Positions 23,971 to 37,717 of a DNA stretch of 64,000 nt are shown piece after piece (positions within the stretch are counted from its first letter, which is position 1; each line of letters starts with the position of its first letter). The stretch spans positions 31,858,213 to 31,922,212 of the forward strand of contig OZ234493.1 of NCBI GenBank assembly GCA_965153455.1. The letters run 5' to 3'. Position numbers and translations under genes: made by a program. The DNA is from Sphagnum compactum. Lineage: Eukaryota. The notes beneath the pieces were generated by a model that ran no database searches, was not told the DNA's origin, and worked only from the letters and a program-made list of their open reading frames with translations.

Positions 23971-26724
23971 CTGCAGAACAAATAATCAGACTGTAAATAA
24001 GGAGTGAAATGGGTAATTAATGATCCATGTAGTAACTTTGAAGTGGATGTCATTGGCATCCTGTTGGTTGCCTTCGAATTTGGAGCATCTGCTATTTGTA
24101 CAGGTATTTTGGGTGCATGCAACTATCCCAAACTATTACCAGAAGTAAGGTGCTATCCACAAATGTTCTGTATCATTTCCCTTTGTGTGTATGACATTCA
24201 AAAAGTCTTTAGAAAATATGTTAGAACCACAAAGGGTGGAATCCAAGGTGGTGTGTGTGCTCCCACCCGGGCCATTGTTTAGGCTCCAGATGAGACATGG
24301 AAATACCACATACATCCATGAAAATGACTTGGTATCTGCTTTGGAGCTTGGCTGGTTAGGTAGAATAGGGCTATAATGCATGTTACCTCCTGTAATTATT
24401 CACAGGCTCCCTCCTGCCACATCTTTTTCTATGGAGAAAGTGACTAGTTGATTATATCAATTGAAGGATTTGGTCAGTAGCAACCAATGACGATTCTATT
24501 ATATTGTGTTGCCGCTCCTTTAAGTTACAATTTGGATTGTATCTGCAGGGATAAGAATTTGAAGAACAGTCCCAAAAAAAGTTTTAAAAACACCATGTTC
24601 TTTCCAATATAGCCCCAAATCCCAATAGAATATAGCCAACAACTTCCCTTGCTACTGGTCTTATTGATAAAGAAGTATTTAATTCGGTGACCTTTAGACC
24701 GAGAACCGAAGTTTGCAAAGCGCACTACCTACATATTCCTTTATAACTACTGACAACAGGAACCAATACTATACACTGCACATGTACTAATAATTAAAAA
24801 ACAAAATTTGCATTAAGGAAAGTAGAAGATTTTACCTGGCCATAAAATCAGATGTGGTTGGGATTGAACAAAACCAACCCAAGGACGACACGTTCTGGTG
24901 GCTTGCATGAATCGATGGTCATCGATCTCCTTTGTCTAGCAACAGGAAGACACAGGTTTCAAGGCAGAAGCTTGAGCAGCATAGATATCATAAAGATTGT
25001 AATAATCATCAAGGACCTGAGAGAGAAACCTTATTAAGATAAGTGGGCCCCAACCTTGCTTGAGGTGTCGTTGATACTAAAGAAGGAGCAGAAGCAGCAG
25101 CAGCAGCATCTAACCACCGAGTGATCATGGAGCTCGAGCACGCGCACGCGATTTTGCGAAAGCTGGGAGCAGATGGCCCGGATGGATTCCTGAGGGAAGA
25201 AGCGTCTGCTGCGCGGGAGCTCGCGAGGGTGGTAGCAGCAGTTGCGACACCCTTCGTGCAGTGTGAATGTGTCCGCGTGCACGCGGGTGCGAGATGGCTT
25301 CTCAACCGCCCGCTCGCAGCCGGTTGGGCCAATCGGCCTAGTCAATACTTACGTGGAGCTTTTGCATTGGTGGAGAGAATTGGCACATCCAATCAATACG
25401 AAGGAAGACAGAGTTGGACGGATGACGGGACGAATTAAGGGGAAGCTTCTGATGTCCTTTAATATATATAATTGTCTAGTTGGATAAAGCGTGGGCAATG
25501 GAAGTAATGAAGCACTTTGTGATGGCCATCAAAGGGATATCAACCAAGCAAAATATATTGGAAGACTTGAAAAAACAATTAAAAATCAATGAAGTGGTGG
25601 TTGAAGCTCGCAAACATGCCCAAAAATCCTAGGTAACAAATTTAAAACAATTCTTCCAAAGAATCATGCAATTGAAGCTAGCAAACAATTTTAGGATTGG
25701 GACAAAAACATGTCAATAATTCTTGAAGCTATCATTGACCAAAGCTTGCATTATAACAACAATGTCCTCTTTTGTTCTTGAATTGCTAAGATGTCAAGCT
25801 ATACACATGAATTTCATTGTTAATAGCAACTCTTGCTCAAAATTTAACCTACCAGTTGATGGAATCTAAAATACAAACATTTATCCATGAATGATATGAT
25901 GGAAATAAAAAATGTTTTGCAAAATTCAAAGAAAAACAAAAAAAAAAAGAACACAAAACAATGTTTCAAGATGTTGTGGGCATCTTTTACTAGCACCCCA
26001 AATACATGTAAAGCAATGGTACATGCACATAGAGTGAGTGCAAGATAAGGTGGCCCAAAAAAACAACATTTGAATACATTAACCAAAGTCTATTTCTTTT
26101 GAATCTTTTTGAGTCTAGAAGGACTAAGTAGTTAAGCAACAACAATCCACCAATTACGAGCAAAAATAAACCCACCTACAAATAATTGTTTTATATTTGT
26201 GTGCACAAACCCAACATAAGATGAATATTTTTCCATCAGTGATATGGATTTTTGAAAAGATCAATATTTTTAACACTCACAAAAAAAGATTTAAAAAAAT
26301 TCATTTTGGATAACTTACAAATTTTCAAATGCTTCAAAATTCTCAAAATTGGATTTAAATAATATATTGCTTAATTAAAATGACAACAATAATATCAATC
26401 ATTGAACCATTTTGAAACCTAAATATTCACATGCTTTTTCATAAACTATTTGCTCATCTAGTATAGTGAATAATGCCATATCTTTTCTTTTCTTCCACGA
26501 TTGCAGCCTTTTTGAGCCTCTCAACTACCATATCTACATGTTGTCCTGAGCTTGAGCTTGCATTGTTGATCCTTTTCATGTTTGATGATTTTTGTTCTTA
26601 TCAGTTGTCTCAGATCCATGTCGCCTCCTCAAGCTAAACCTTGCTTCAAAATTTGGTGGGTGATTAATTTCCACTCACCAGAAGAATCTGCACTACAAAA
26701 AGTAGTTCTCTTAATTGGCATTGT

Positions 26725-27670
26725 CTTCTGATCTGTGTGCAAAATGCTACTGTATTTAGTCCTTGATTTGTGGCCTCATATGTGGGGATGTCTTCACTTG
26801 CTCATGAGGATCAGACCATTGAAAAACGTCCTTTGAAAGCAACCAACAATGTGCTTGGCCATGTATAGTAGTTCTAAGCCTTCTGTGCAACAAGTGTTCA
26901 AAAGACACCCTAAACTCCCATTAAAGAGTGCCTACATCTCTGTACTTGCCTACAACATTGGCTACATCATTGTGCTTGTTACACTGCATTTCCTTTGAAG
27001 AGTCCTTTCCATCTTCTAGCTCCAGAGGCAGGTGAGTAAAGGTTGTAGCTGAATCATGCTTGGTTGTACGCCATTTTCTTTGAAGAGACCTCACTCGTCA
27101 TTTAGCTCCAGTTCCAGAGGTGGGTGAGTAAAGGCTGTAGTGCTCATGTCCACAATCCCCAAAAGTTGATCTCTGCCCATTTCTGATTGTTGGATCTTGG
27201 GAGATCATGTTGAGAGAATAGAAACTGCTCTTCTGCATAAAAAATTCTTCCCCTTGTTGCTCCTCTGAACAACAACAGTTTTCTCAATTAACAAAGACAT
27301 CTTCACTTCTGGGTGAGCTTCCAAAGCCCTATGTTAAGTGCATAAGCTACAGGTAGCTTTAAAGTGCAGGTGAACATTGATGTAGAGGGCTATTTCTGCC
27401 TACTGGTGCGTCACTAGGGCAAGGCAAATATCAGGCCTAACAACTCATCAGAGAACCAGCAATATGCTTGGCTATATACTTCCCGATTGAACCACCTCAA
27501 AAACATACCAATTTTTCTTTGAACAAACAGGTAACCACCCACATTTACCACCACTTTTTTTATACAACTCACTTGCAAGACATTGGCCAAATTTGAGACA
27601 AAGAAGACATCCCCACATACGAGGCCACAAATCAAGGACTAAATACAGTAGCATTCACACAGATCAGAAG
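26725..27670. repeat. Approximately 70-bp inverted repeat pair separated by about 800 bp
   Basis: 26725-26795 CTTCTGATCTGTGTG(CAA)AATGCTACTGTATTTAGTCCTTGATTTGTGGCCTCATATGTGGGGATGTCTTC is the reverse complement of 27603-27670, apart from one substitution and a 3-nt indel. Confidence 0.9.
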
Positions 27671-28605
27671 CCAAGATAAAAGAGCCAAGCAGAAGGTTGC
27701 AGGAGTCAAGTAGAAGACAGAGAGCTGCTTGTCAGTGCAAAACAAAAGAAACATGTCTGAAGTCCAAATCGCCAAACCCACTATTGTAACCAACGTTGAA
27801 TCTGCAACTACTGAGAAGTATACTAAATGCAAGCACTATTTTGTGGCAGGGAAGATTCACTAGCTTGTGTCTGGATGGAACCCCTTTGCCTTAATTGCAG
27901 GGCGCAGCATCAGAGACCGAATGGCTGATCTTTTCAGATAGCAACATGGCCGCCTGGCTCACATTTAAAGGTCATTATAACTACTTAAGAGGGCAGCCAA
28001 CTAGAAGACAAATCTAGGTCAAGGAAAGCATACTAAAGGAAAGATGGTGCTGTACAAGGGTGGTTTTCATCCTACCACCCTTCCTCACACCATAAGGACA
28101 GGAAGCTATATCCCCAAACATATTTGAAACAAAACAAGAAATTACAGAGAGACAACAACTGATGTACAGAGGCCAAAACAATCAAGAACTGCCAATAACC
28201 CTACTACAGAACATTAAGCAGTGAACATCCTGTCAAAGGCAACTGCACAAGCTGCACTAGCAGGCCAAGAATGACTAGTCCATTACCAAAAGCAACCTCC
28301 GAGGTCATTGGGTGCTAACTTCTGGCATGTCAGATGCTTCCATTTGTAGAGGTGGAAGATTCCCTTCACTAAGTTGACCATGTTGATCTCAGAAAGTAGT
28401 GTGGAACTACCCAGCACATCACACAATGCAAATAAAAAATCACTAAAAATGCTGTTTAGAATTACAAGAGAGTGATCCTAATTTGTGTGTGCTGATCCCA
28501 CCAATGGCTCCAACAGCTCCCTCTTTTGTCACAGAATCAGTGTAAATATGTGGACATATTGTCAAGAAGCCATAAATAAATAACCAGCTATAAAACAGGG
28601 TCAGT

Positions 28606-31600
28606 TCAGTCGTCTTCCACCTCTTCCAGCTGTGCCCGCCTTGCAGCTGCCTGCTTGCGAACAAATATTCCCCAACGCAACGCAGCCTTCAGTTTTAACC
28701 ACCCAACACCAGCCTTGCCATTTGCACGGGTTTCCTGGGTCCTTAAAGTGGGAACCCCAACTTGAGGGCCAGAAAAGTCATAATCTTCCCCTGCCAAAGT
28801 TCCCTCCCCTGTATTAAACATCCGCAACAGCTGCTGGATCTGTGAGTGCATATCCTCATTTTCAAGGAGCTCCAAGCTCCTAGCCCGGAGCTCCTCTTCA
28901 CTTGGCAATTCTTCAAGTGTAAGACCTGGCACATAGGTCTCCTGGACATGAGCCTGCCATTCAATTCCTCCAGATGAAGTATTCATCATGCCAGAAGGCA
29001 TACCAGGATCCAAAGCTAAAAACTCTGCATTTGAGGCAGTTAGGCCACTTTGTGGAGGCCCCAAGGCTAACCCAGTCATTCTGCTGTTGCCCACATAGTT
29101 TTGTTGAGAGGAGCTCAAAACAGCAGGTTGGTGCCTTGACTCCATATTGCTGTTCATTTGAAGTACAGAACCCATCAGGCTGTTCTGCTTGGGACCTGGT
29201 GGATGAGTTGATTGACCATATGCTCGGGTGACTATTGAATTTGGATCATATTGAGGCATTGCTGCTCCATTGCCTGCATGATGATGGATATGTGACGAAT
29301 CAGCTTGAAGTTCCTACAATGCTACATCCTACATGGATCACCACATGTATGGGGAAGTTTGATAAACAGGTGAAAAAGGTCATGTAAACTTCAACCAAAT
29401 GATTTCAGCAACTTATTGCAATTTAGAGTAGTCTTGATATTAAACTTATAATTCCCGGACATCCCATATAAACAGTGGAACTAATTAATAGTTTGGATTG
29501 GGATAAAGCATTTCACTGTAGAGGGCACAGACCAGCTGATGAAGTGGAAGGCCGGTGCTGTAGGGGAGCCAATGGTGGTTGCTGAATTTGATTAAGTGTT
29601 GATTGCTGGTTAGACTTGTGAGATTGTGTTGGAGGGGGATTTGCAATTGGAGTGATTGGATCTTCTGTATGGGTATCTATCCCCTTAGCTACTGGGTAGG
29701 GTGAAACCCCAACCAGAGCCTCTCCATCATACTCCACTACATTTTCCCAGTTTTCATAAGCTACTTTCACCAGCTTGTCCACATATACCTGTACAAAAGA
29801 GAGAGAGGATTTAATAAACAACTAAATATTCCCAAAACGACAGAAACATGGGAAAAGTTGAACTTCCACAACTGGACAAAGGTAGAAAGACAAATTTAAA
29901 AAAAAACACTCCTGAGAATTGATACTTACCTTCTCACTATCTGAAAGAGAGTCAACTGACATATATGAGCCATCAGCAATGAGACCCATCAGTTGGAAGA
30001 TGTTGTTGAAGATGACACCAATGTTTTGCTTTTCATCAGCATAGTAAACATGTAGCTTGCCACTTAGCACACATGTCTTAGCATGCTCCACAGTTCCCTC
30101 CCACATCTTGTTTGACATTCCATTCCCCAATGTCTATTCCCACCACCCCCTTGCATCAGCCTTCTGCATCATGAAATACATGCGAAAACAATGTACACTA
30201 CTAACGCCAAAGAATGAGCCCTGTGCCACAAACAAGATCCATGGCCAACAAGCAAGCCAAAGAGAGTTTGCAGGTATCATTACATTGCGCAGCCTTTGAG
30301 GATCCATGACGACCAGACGCAGGAAGTCCTCAACTGTTATAATGTTAGCTTGGTTAAGGCGCTTATGAAAAGCACCATCCTTCCCAATCTTATCCAAACG
30401 CCACACCTCATCATGCAATGCTGGTGGATAGTGCTTCTTGTATACTGGAACCACAAACATGTCAGAAACAAGATTAGCCCTCACCAATGTCAAGACCTAT
30501 GTCACCTCTCACACCAGAAGTTGCCTCACCCTACATGCCTCTTATGAGTGATTCAGTTGCACAACACACATACAAGGTCTAAAAGTTTCTCAGAAACTAT
30601 TTGTGTTGAGCCAGCTAAAGTTTTTCTTACACTTTGAATTGAGATGCAGCTAATTCCTCTAATCTTAGTCCTTACAGTTATGTTTCAAGGCTTTGCTAAT
30701 AGACACTGATTCAAACCTAGTCTGTAATTACAAAATTCCCATAACAGCTCCAGAATGAATGATACAACAGTTCATCTGACAAGGCTCAGTAGTGGGTCTC
30801 TGGAATTCATTTAAGTCTGCTACACAGAGAAACATACTGTAGATCCCTTGGGTCCATAGAGTTCCACAGGAAAAAAGATAAGAGACTCTATCAACCATGA
30901 GTACACTTACATTCGCCACGATGATCTTTCACAGTAAATGCCTCAGTCTTGGCTTCTCTAATTCGCAAGCCCTCACAAAATCCTGAAGAGATTTTAACCC
31001 CCAAGCGGAACTTACGACTACGGATCCAACTGGAATTGTCTGTGAATGTTAACTCTCCAAGTGTTCCCACCCCATCTTTCAATGTGACAGAAAGTTCTCC
31101 AGTAAGCAATGGCCTTTTGCCATCTCTTTCCCTGACCTCAGCATTCTCAAATTCTGTCTGTATCCAGTTCTCTTCATCATCAACTGCAAAGTCACCCTCC
31201 AAGACGACTATATCCAATTTGGCAGATGATTCTGGACCTGCAGTTACAACCTGGCCCGTGCTGGCATCCAGCAACACAACATGAATTGCAGTTCCTTGTT
31301 CTCCCTCTACTTTGCCTCCTGTGAATAGAGGGAGAGCTAACTTGTTCCTGAACTGCAGCCGCAGATCTCGTTGGTTGGGCCCCTGTATCCTTTTTGGAGA
31401 TGACCTGCAAAATTATGCAGTCACTACTAGAGTTGTCAAAACAATCCACCAGTGTTCAGATTTACCATCTTATTTTTCCCTCTACTATGGACAAGATCAC
31501 AAAAAACAGATCGGCTCACGGAAGGAATGATTTTCACACAAGGAAGAGACAGTAATTTATCAACTATCATCAATCTATTCAACTGCATATATAGGGGATG

Positions 31601-32317
31601 ACTCATGGTTTTAACATTACCGGATCCCTGCTCTAGGAGGAGCAAACTTTGCTAGTGCACGTTCAACCTCCTCTCCCACCTGGGTGTTGTCAAACACATG
31701 AGTAACTGTCAACCATATGACTACCCATTTAATGAAACGACTACTCCTATGCATGAGAATTGTTGAAATTGTCAAAAGTGATAATGGGGAGAGGACTAAT
31801 TTTTCCTTTAAATTGGACAAAAAAGTTTGCAAAAGCTGCAGGGCTGCAGAAATGTACCACACGTCGCAGTAGAGGTTCAAGTGTTGAGCACAGTTTCTGA
31901 AGACTGTCCATCTTCACAGCTTCAACAATCACACTGCACGAATGGAACCCAGAATCAATCACATGATAGTGCAAACTCTTCTGTCATACATTTCAGAACC
32001 CAATTCCTACAGAAGCTCATCAGCAGACATCACTGCAGCAGCCACGAAATCTCTGTCTCCACCATGCACTTAACCTAAGGAAAAAACAGAGGCCCCAAAC
32101 TAAGTCACCTAGCTAGGTCCTGAAATTTTCAAGTGCGCAAAACACAAGGAGTTATCATGACTAGAGTGAGGAAATGCTTTATAATGAGCTGGTCAAGATA
32201 CCTGGCAAGTGCGGGGCGCTGCCTTTTCTCTTCCGGCATGCCATCTCTCTGATCCAAAGGCCGCTTCTCCCTCGCCATGACATCTCTAGAAGCCGAAGTT
32301 TTAGCTAAGAAAGCCAT
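28606..32317 (-). CDS. CBP60: Calmodulin-binding protein 60 (CBP60 family transcription factor, CBP60b-like), 8 coding exons
   Basis: Exons (minus): 32317 (or 32278)-32202, 31933-31858, 31679-31621, 31404-30911, 30444-30284, 30133-29930, 29788-29533, 29273-28606. Motifs [78 protein letters not shown] and the C-terminal CaM-binding [17 protein letters not shown]. Confidence 0.96.
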
Positions 32318-33534
32318 GTTGAAAAGCTGCCAAACTCGACCTCCCCCTTCCTTGACAACCGTCAATCTAGTACCGGCTTAGAAAGTACTAAACCGAGAAA
32401 AGCTCTTGTCTCCTGCGGAAAAGCACTTGCAACCCTAGAGCTGCTGTATGCTCCAGGAAAAAAAAGAGGGGTTGATCTCTAGACACCGCGAGACGCTGCT
32501 GCCTCTGGTATCTACCTAGGGCAATGGCTTTTTCTCAAACCCCTGCTCCAGCAGCATAATTCCTTAACAAACGAAATTCCTTTAACGGCTAAACTCGCGA
32601 TGGCTTTTCTATCACCGCAAAATGTCTAGTAGCAGAAAACGTGCACCATTCTCACTAGATATCAACAAACTCCGAAAGACAAACATCTTACAGCTGCTAT
32701 TCAGGTCAGATATCTTTAGTTTTTTAGTTTTTTTTTTTCCAAAGCTGATTTTCTACCTCCTCCACCTTCACTTCACTTCTGAAAACTACAAGGAAAGAAA
32801 CGGCCTGTCAATCAATCAACGTTCTTCAAGAGTTCATCAGACATCCAGTAAAGAAGTTACACTAGACTACTGCCGCTGCTAGGGACACAGATAGATGTCA
32901 ACTAGAAAAAGAAAAGAGAAGTCTGGAATATATCCGATAAGAAGAAAATCCAGTGAGACTTTTTTGTTCGAGTTTTTATTCTTCTTCTCCGAGACTAATT
33001 CCTAGGAAAAGCGAATATTACAAAGACGGAAGCTGCGACTACAAGACCGACCGATTTCTAGGAAAGCGACGACAATAGGGGGAATACCGAAGGCGTAGGA
33101 GCAAAGTTTTACGTAAGAAAGCAAACAAACAAAGCAAGAAAAGAAAACAGAGAGACTTTTATAAAAATCCCGTCCCGTGTGTCATGAGTGAGGAAGGACG
33201 GAGGGAGGGAGGGAGGGAGATTCAAGAGTTTGAGGAAAAACAACAAACGGTAGGCTAAAGTATTTGTTAGTGTGAAATTCAACTTGCGCACGATCAGGAG
33301 TCTTCCTCCTCCTCCTTCACGACGACGATTGGGGTTACAAAACACAACGTACGAAAAACAACGTTGCAACAAACAAACAAACAAACGCTGCTGCGCTCGC
33401 GTAGGCTACTTTTTCCCAAAAAACTAACCAAAGTTCCCCGACCCACCCGCCGTCTCCTCCCGTTCGTGTGGAGAAACAAAGAAACGAGGAAGACGACGAT
33501 CATGACTTTACGACCAGTGGATGAACGTGTAGCA

Positions 33535-33925
33535 CCATCCATCCATCCATCCATATGGTCCCTCCTAAAAGTCCCTCCTTCTCATCCAGCCTCGAGGAGA
33601 GGCTTTTTTCTCATCCATTCTAGCTTTCATCAATTTATCATCCATCCAGAACTGAGTTTCTCATCCATTTCCAGATTTCGTTCTCATCCATCTTGGAGGA
33701 TTGACTTTTCTCATCCATTCTAGGTGAAGCCTTTTTCTCATCCATCCCCGATTATCTTCCTCTTCTTCTCATCCATCCTAGATTAAAACATTTTATCATC
33801 CATCTTTGGAGGAACCCAGCTTTTCTCATCCATCCTAGCTGAAAAACATTTTTCTCATCCTGGAGGGAGGGAGCAGCTTTTGTCAACCATCCTAAATTAA
33901 AACATTTTTCATCCATCCATCATGC
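33535..33925. repeat. Degenerate tandem array of TTTTCTCATCCAT(C/T)C units upstream of CBP60
   Basis: More than 12 copies of (TTTT)CTCATCCAT spaced about 20-35 bp apart. Confidence 0.8.
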
Positions 33926-34237
33926 CCCATGGCCCACGAACCAAGTATGAAAGTGAATATTTTTTGGAGTCAAGTAGTCTTTGTCCGAGAGTGGAAATCC
34001 CGTTGTAATCTTGTGGAAATAATTCGGTTGTAATCTTGTTGTAAGCAAATCTTGTTAACAACTCAAACAACCAACCGAAACATTAGGAAGTTAGGTTTTG
34101 AGCTCTAAGCCAATGCACTCTTGCTAGGGTCAAAGCACCAAACGATGTGCTACTATGGCAGGATCTTCGGTTGGTTGTAAGATCCTGTGGGAGGTCGTGG
34201 CAAAAGGAGTAACTTAAACAACTCCCTTTTATTTCTA

Positions 34238-34465
34238 CTAGTTTGAACCCCGTGCCTAATGCACAGGTGTGTTATTTCAAGAATGTGAAGGATGCGCTAT
34301 TTCAACCTTAGGTGTCTATTGTAGAAGGATGCGCTACTACATGCTGAGGCGGGCGGAGAGAGAAGATGGAACTAGTCTTAGTAGGGGGAATAATCTAACA
34401 TTGCGGTGTTGTTTTTGTAGCATTTTGTTGTTCAATCTTGTTGGTCATTTAATTATATAGTTCAT
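34238..34465 (-). mobile_element. Mini Helitron or Helitron 3'-end copy of the same family as 18958-25484
   Basis: 34237-34268 ACTAGTTTGAACCCCGTGCCTAATGCACAGGT is identical over 32 nt to 18957-18988 (3' hairpin + CTAG|T on the minus strand). A 5'-end-like AACTATATAATTAAA (minus) lies at about 34448-34462 but lacks a clean TC, so that boundary is tentative. Confidence 0.72.
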
Positions 34466-37400
34466 GCCACTGCTCTTTAGCAATAACAAGGGTTTTGTGT
34501 GTCACAATAACTGTGGCCTTGCCGTTTTACACTAAAAAGTAGCTTAAGGCAAAAGAAGAATTTATGGAAAATCCTCTGAAAGAAACCAAAATCTTTCAAG
34601 GTATCATAACTCTAGAATAACTAATCTCAAGTTTCAACACAAGCCAAAATATTATCTTTCAGAAATCCTCATATAGTAAAAATAGACCTAATATTTATTA
34701 CCTAGGGGCCAAAATCCCTTGAGCTAGTATATTCTATAATGAGTCTAAACACAACAAATTGTCATGGTTTTGCTTCTACCTTTTGCAAGGTGGTGAAAAT
34801 ATCCTTGACTTCTGGTGTTGGCCAATAGTGACCAAGAGTAGTAGTAGTAGTTTGGGGATGTCATGAAAACTCATAGGTCATTTGTCCTCGTCCAATAGCT
34901 GAAAGGGAGACACACACATGTTGGGGGCACCAGAAGGTCGCAAGACACCGGGAGTGCTATTGTTGACATAACCCACTACTTCTTCCAAGAGCTTCTGAGC
35001 AAAAAGGATGTTGTTTCAAGCACAACTTATAGGTTGAAAGGAAGTCTAAGCACGTGAAAGGGAGGTATATGAGCTAAAATCCTTTTTGAGCTGTCAAAGG
35101 ACCTCCACCTAAAAGATACCCAAAAACTTTGAAAATAAAAGAAGTAGAAGGCCGACTTTAGAAGAGGGTCCACGGTCCAAGCAATCTTATTGGCTGAAAG
35201 CTTTAAATTGGTTCCAAGGCTTTGACGAGGGTCCGAGACCAAAAAGTGGCAAATTGAGGCTCAACCTACATGGCACCTGTTTTGGAGGGAAAATCAATTG
35301 GTTCGGACCAAAGAACAGTGCTAAAAGGAGAGCTCCCTGATTTGGAGAACCAAGAATCAGGCTTGGGACCAAGGTACAGTCCAACTCAAGGATTCAATTT
35401 GCTTCAAATCAATCCAAATTGGTTCCTAGGAAATTGGACCCTGGACCCTCAGCTAAAGTGGGCCTAACTAAGCATGTGAAAGGGGGGTAAACAACAAGTA
35501 CATGAATTTTCAGGCCTAATGGGTTTGAATATGCTCAAACCCCTAAAGACGAAGAAAAGAACCCATACCTATTACCCCAACAGTGCCTTGCAGCTCATGT
35601 GTTTTCTGTTCCTAGAGTTCTGTTCTAGGGTTTGGTAATAAGGATGAATGTGATCAGACCAGATGAAGTAAACTTCCAGGAATGAAAGTCAAAACATCAA
35701 ATGAATTAAATTTGAACCAATTGACGTTTTTGAGTTGATAGGATGAACTTTAGTGAAATGGAAATGAAACTTCAATTGCATATGGTAATTTCCAATTGGA
35801 TGGGATGCGTTTTTGGTGGATGATATATGTCCAAAAGAAATGTGACAAAATAGATGGGTGAAACTGATAGAATAGATAAAATGTTTTATGGAAGAATTTG
35901 GTTGGAAATGTTGTAGTTAACCTCAAATGGATGTGTACGGCCATCAAATGATGAAAGAATTTTCTACAGATGAATGAAAAAAATGAAATGAAGGTCGATT
36001 GTTTTAATGAACTTTAAACAGTAGAGCTAACCCACCATCTGAATTACACATGGATGAAATGAGTTGATGAATGTAGATAAGGAATTTTGTACATTTTTGG
36101 GCCAATTTCATACTTTGATGGTTGGAATCAGCCCAACCAAATGAAATAAGATGAATGGGCCCGACCGATCAAATGAAAATGAGTGTTGATGGATGAATTG
36201 CATGGAAATGGCTCTGATAAAATTTTGATGGATTCAACTACCTAATACAACAAGATGAAATTGCATGTTTTGTGATGGACCCATTCGATACAAAATCAAA
36301 GCAATGGAAAAGTTAAACCCAATGGATGAAAAATTGAGCCTAGATGATGATGATGGATGACTTTCATCCATTATGGATTAGATGTTGAGTGGCGGACAAA
36401 TAATTTTGGACACCCAAACCCAAGAAGATTTTCTTTAAAAATTGCAAATCTGGCAATGACTCTGATCTGATGAAAACCATTTGTTGGGCAGAATTCTAAG
36501 TTATACATGTGATGTGGCCAGCCCAACCGTTGGGAATGTCAGTGCTCAGGGATGTGGGTGTGGTGGTGATGGTGGTGGTTTCATCCCTCTTCACCTTCCT
36601 TCTTCCCCCTCCAGACCCACCCTCCCTCCCTCCCTCCTCCCCCTCAAACACCCTTTCTTCCCCTCCTTTTGCTTTTATGTAACTTCATAGTTTTTATACT
36701 CTTCCCAGTTTCAAGAGGAAACATACATACATACATACATACGTAAATGCATCAAATGAGAAGAAGAAAGTCACCTGTGCAATTGTTGATGTGTTGATGA
36801 GTGGTGGTGCTTTTAGTGCTTTTTGCTGGCTCTGCGTTCTTGCACATTTTGGTTACTCTGAATTATTCTGCATGACATTGTGGTTGCTCTGCATTTTGGG
36901 ACGTGTTGTGCAGGAGTTGGCTTTGATCTTGTTGGAGATGCTCTGATGATGCCTTTGCCTTCGAACTTTTCTTTTGTATGAGGGAGAAGTGAATTTAATC
37001 TGACTAGATGTTTTCAGATATTTTATCTCTTCAGGGGTTGGTTCTTGTGTAAATTGTTTTGGAATTTCAGCTGTGCTTGCCATCTACTGGTGAGATCTTC
37101 AAGAGTGTATGTGTATTGATTTCTACTTGGCAATCAATTCAATTTGTCTTTTCAAGGTTTCTAGAGGAATGTAAAAATTGGTGTTTTGTTGGGTGTCTTA
37201 TCTTCGTTTGTTGATATGTAGTTCGCATTGTAAAGCGATGCTCGTAACACATGTGGTTGGAGGATTACACCAGCTTCACCTGTATGTGGCACGCAAAATT
37301 CGTGCATTTGTAAATCTTTAGCTTCGTATTCTACACAACTGACAAGCTTCACAAATCCTCTGTTATAGCCCAAAAAAACCTGGCAATTAAATTTCCAGGA

Positions 37401-37717
37401 AGCTGAGAGAATCATTTCATATACATCACCAACAATCTTCACATATCCTCTTTTGAAGCAAGCAAAACAAAACTGGCAATTCAAATCTCCACAAGAGAGA
37501 GAGAGAGCGTCAACTAAGCTTCAGATTCACAAGCAAGTCAGCCACCGCCTTCCATCACACAAATGACATACAAACTCAAACATGCATCTGACCCTATCTT
37601 AGAAGGTTCAGAGTTTGGAAGGTATCTACTTGGTAGAAATTCTTGAAGTTCCATTCCAGCAATGGTTGTGAAATCGTGCTGGTGGTGCTACAGAATTAGC
37701 TTTGAGAAAATTCCAGG

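Larger units (their letters stand above)
18958..25484 (-). mobile_element. Decayed, formerly autonomous Helitron carrying captured host exons
   Basis: Minus-strand 3' end CCTGTGCATTAGGCACGGGG (hairpin) + TTCAAA + CTAG|T at 18987-18958, 72 bp after the helicase stop. Probable 5' end A|TCCAACTAGACAATTATATATATTAAAGG at 25484, so the empty site would read AT. Contains Rep/Hel coding sequence. The 5' boundary is less certain than the 3' boundary. Confidence 0.88.

Noticed and set aside
25009-25487. Overlapping GC-rich ORFs (81-107 aa) at the Helitron 5' end
   Set aside because: Open frames on both strands are explained by high GC content, and no recognisable domain is present.
25490-26630. Possible transposase or gene remnants next to the Helitron 5' end
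   Set aside because: Only short stop-riddled frames with no motif I can name.
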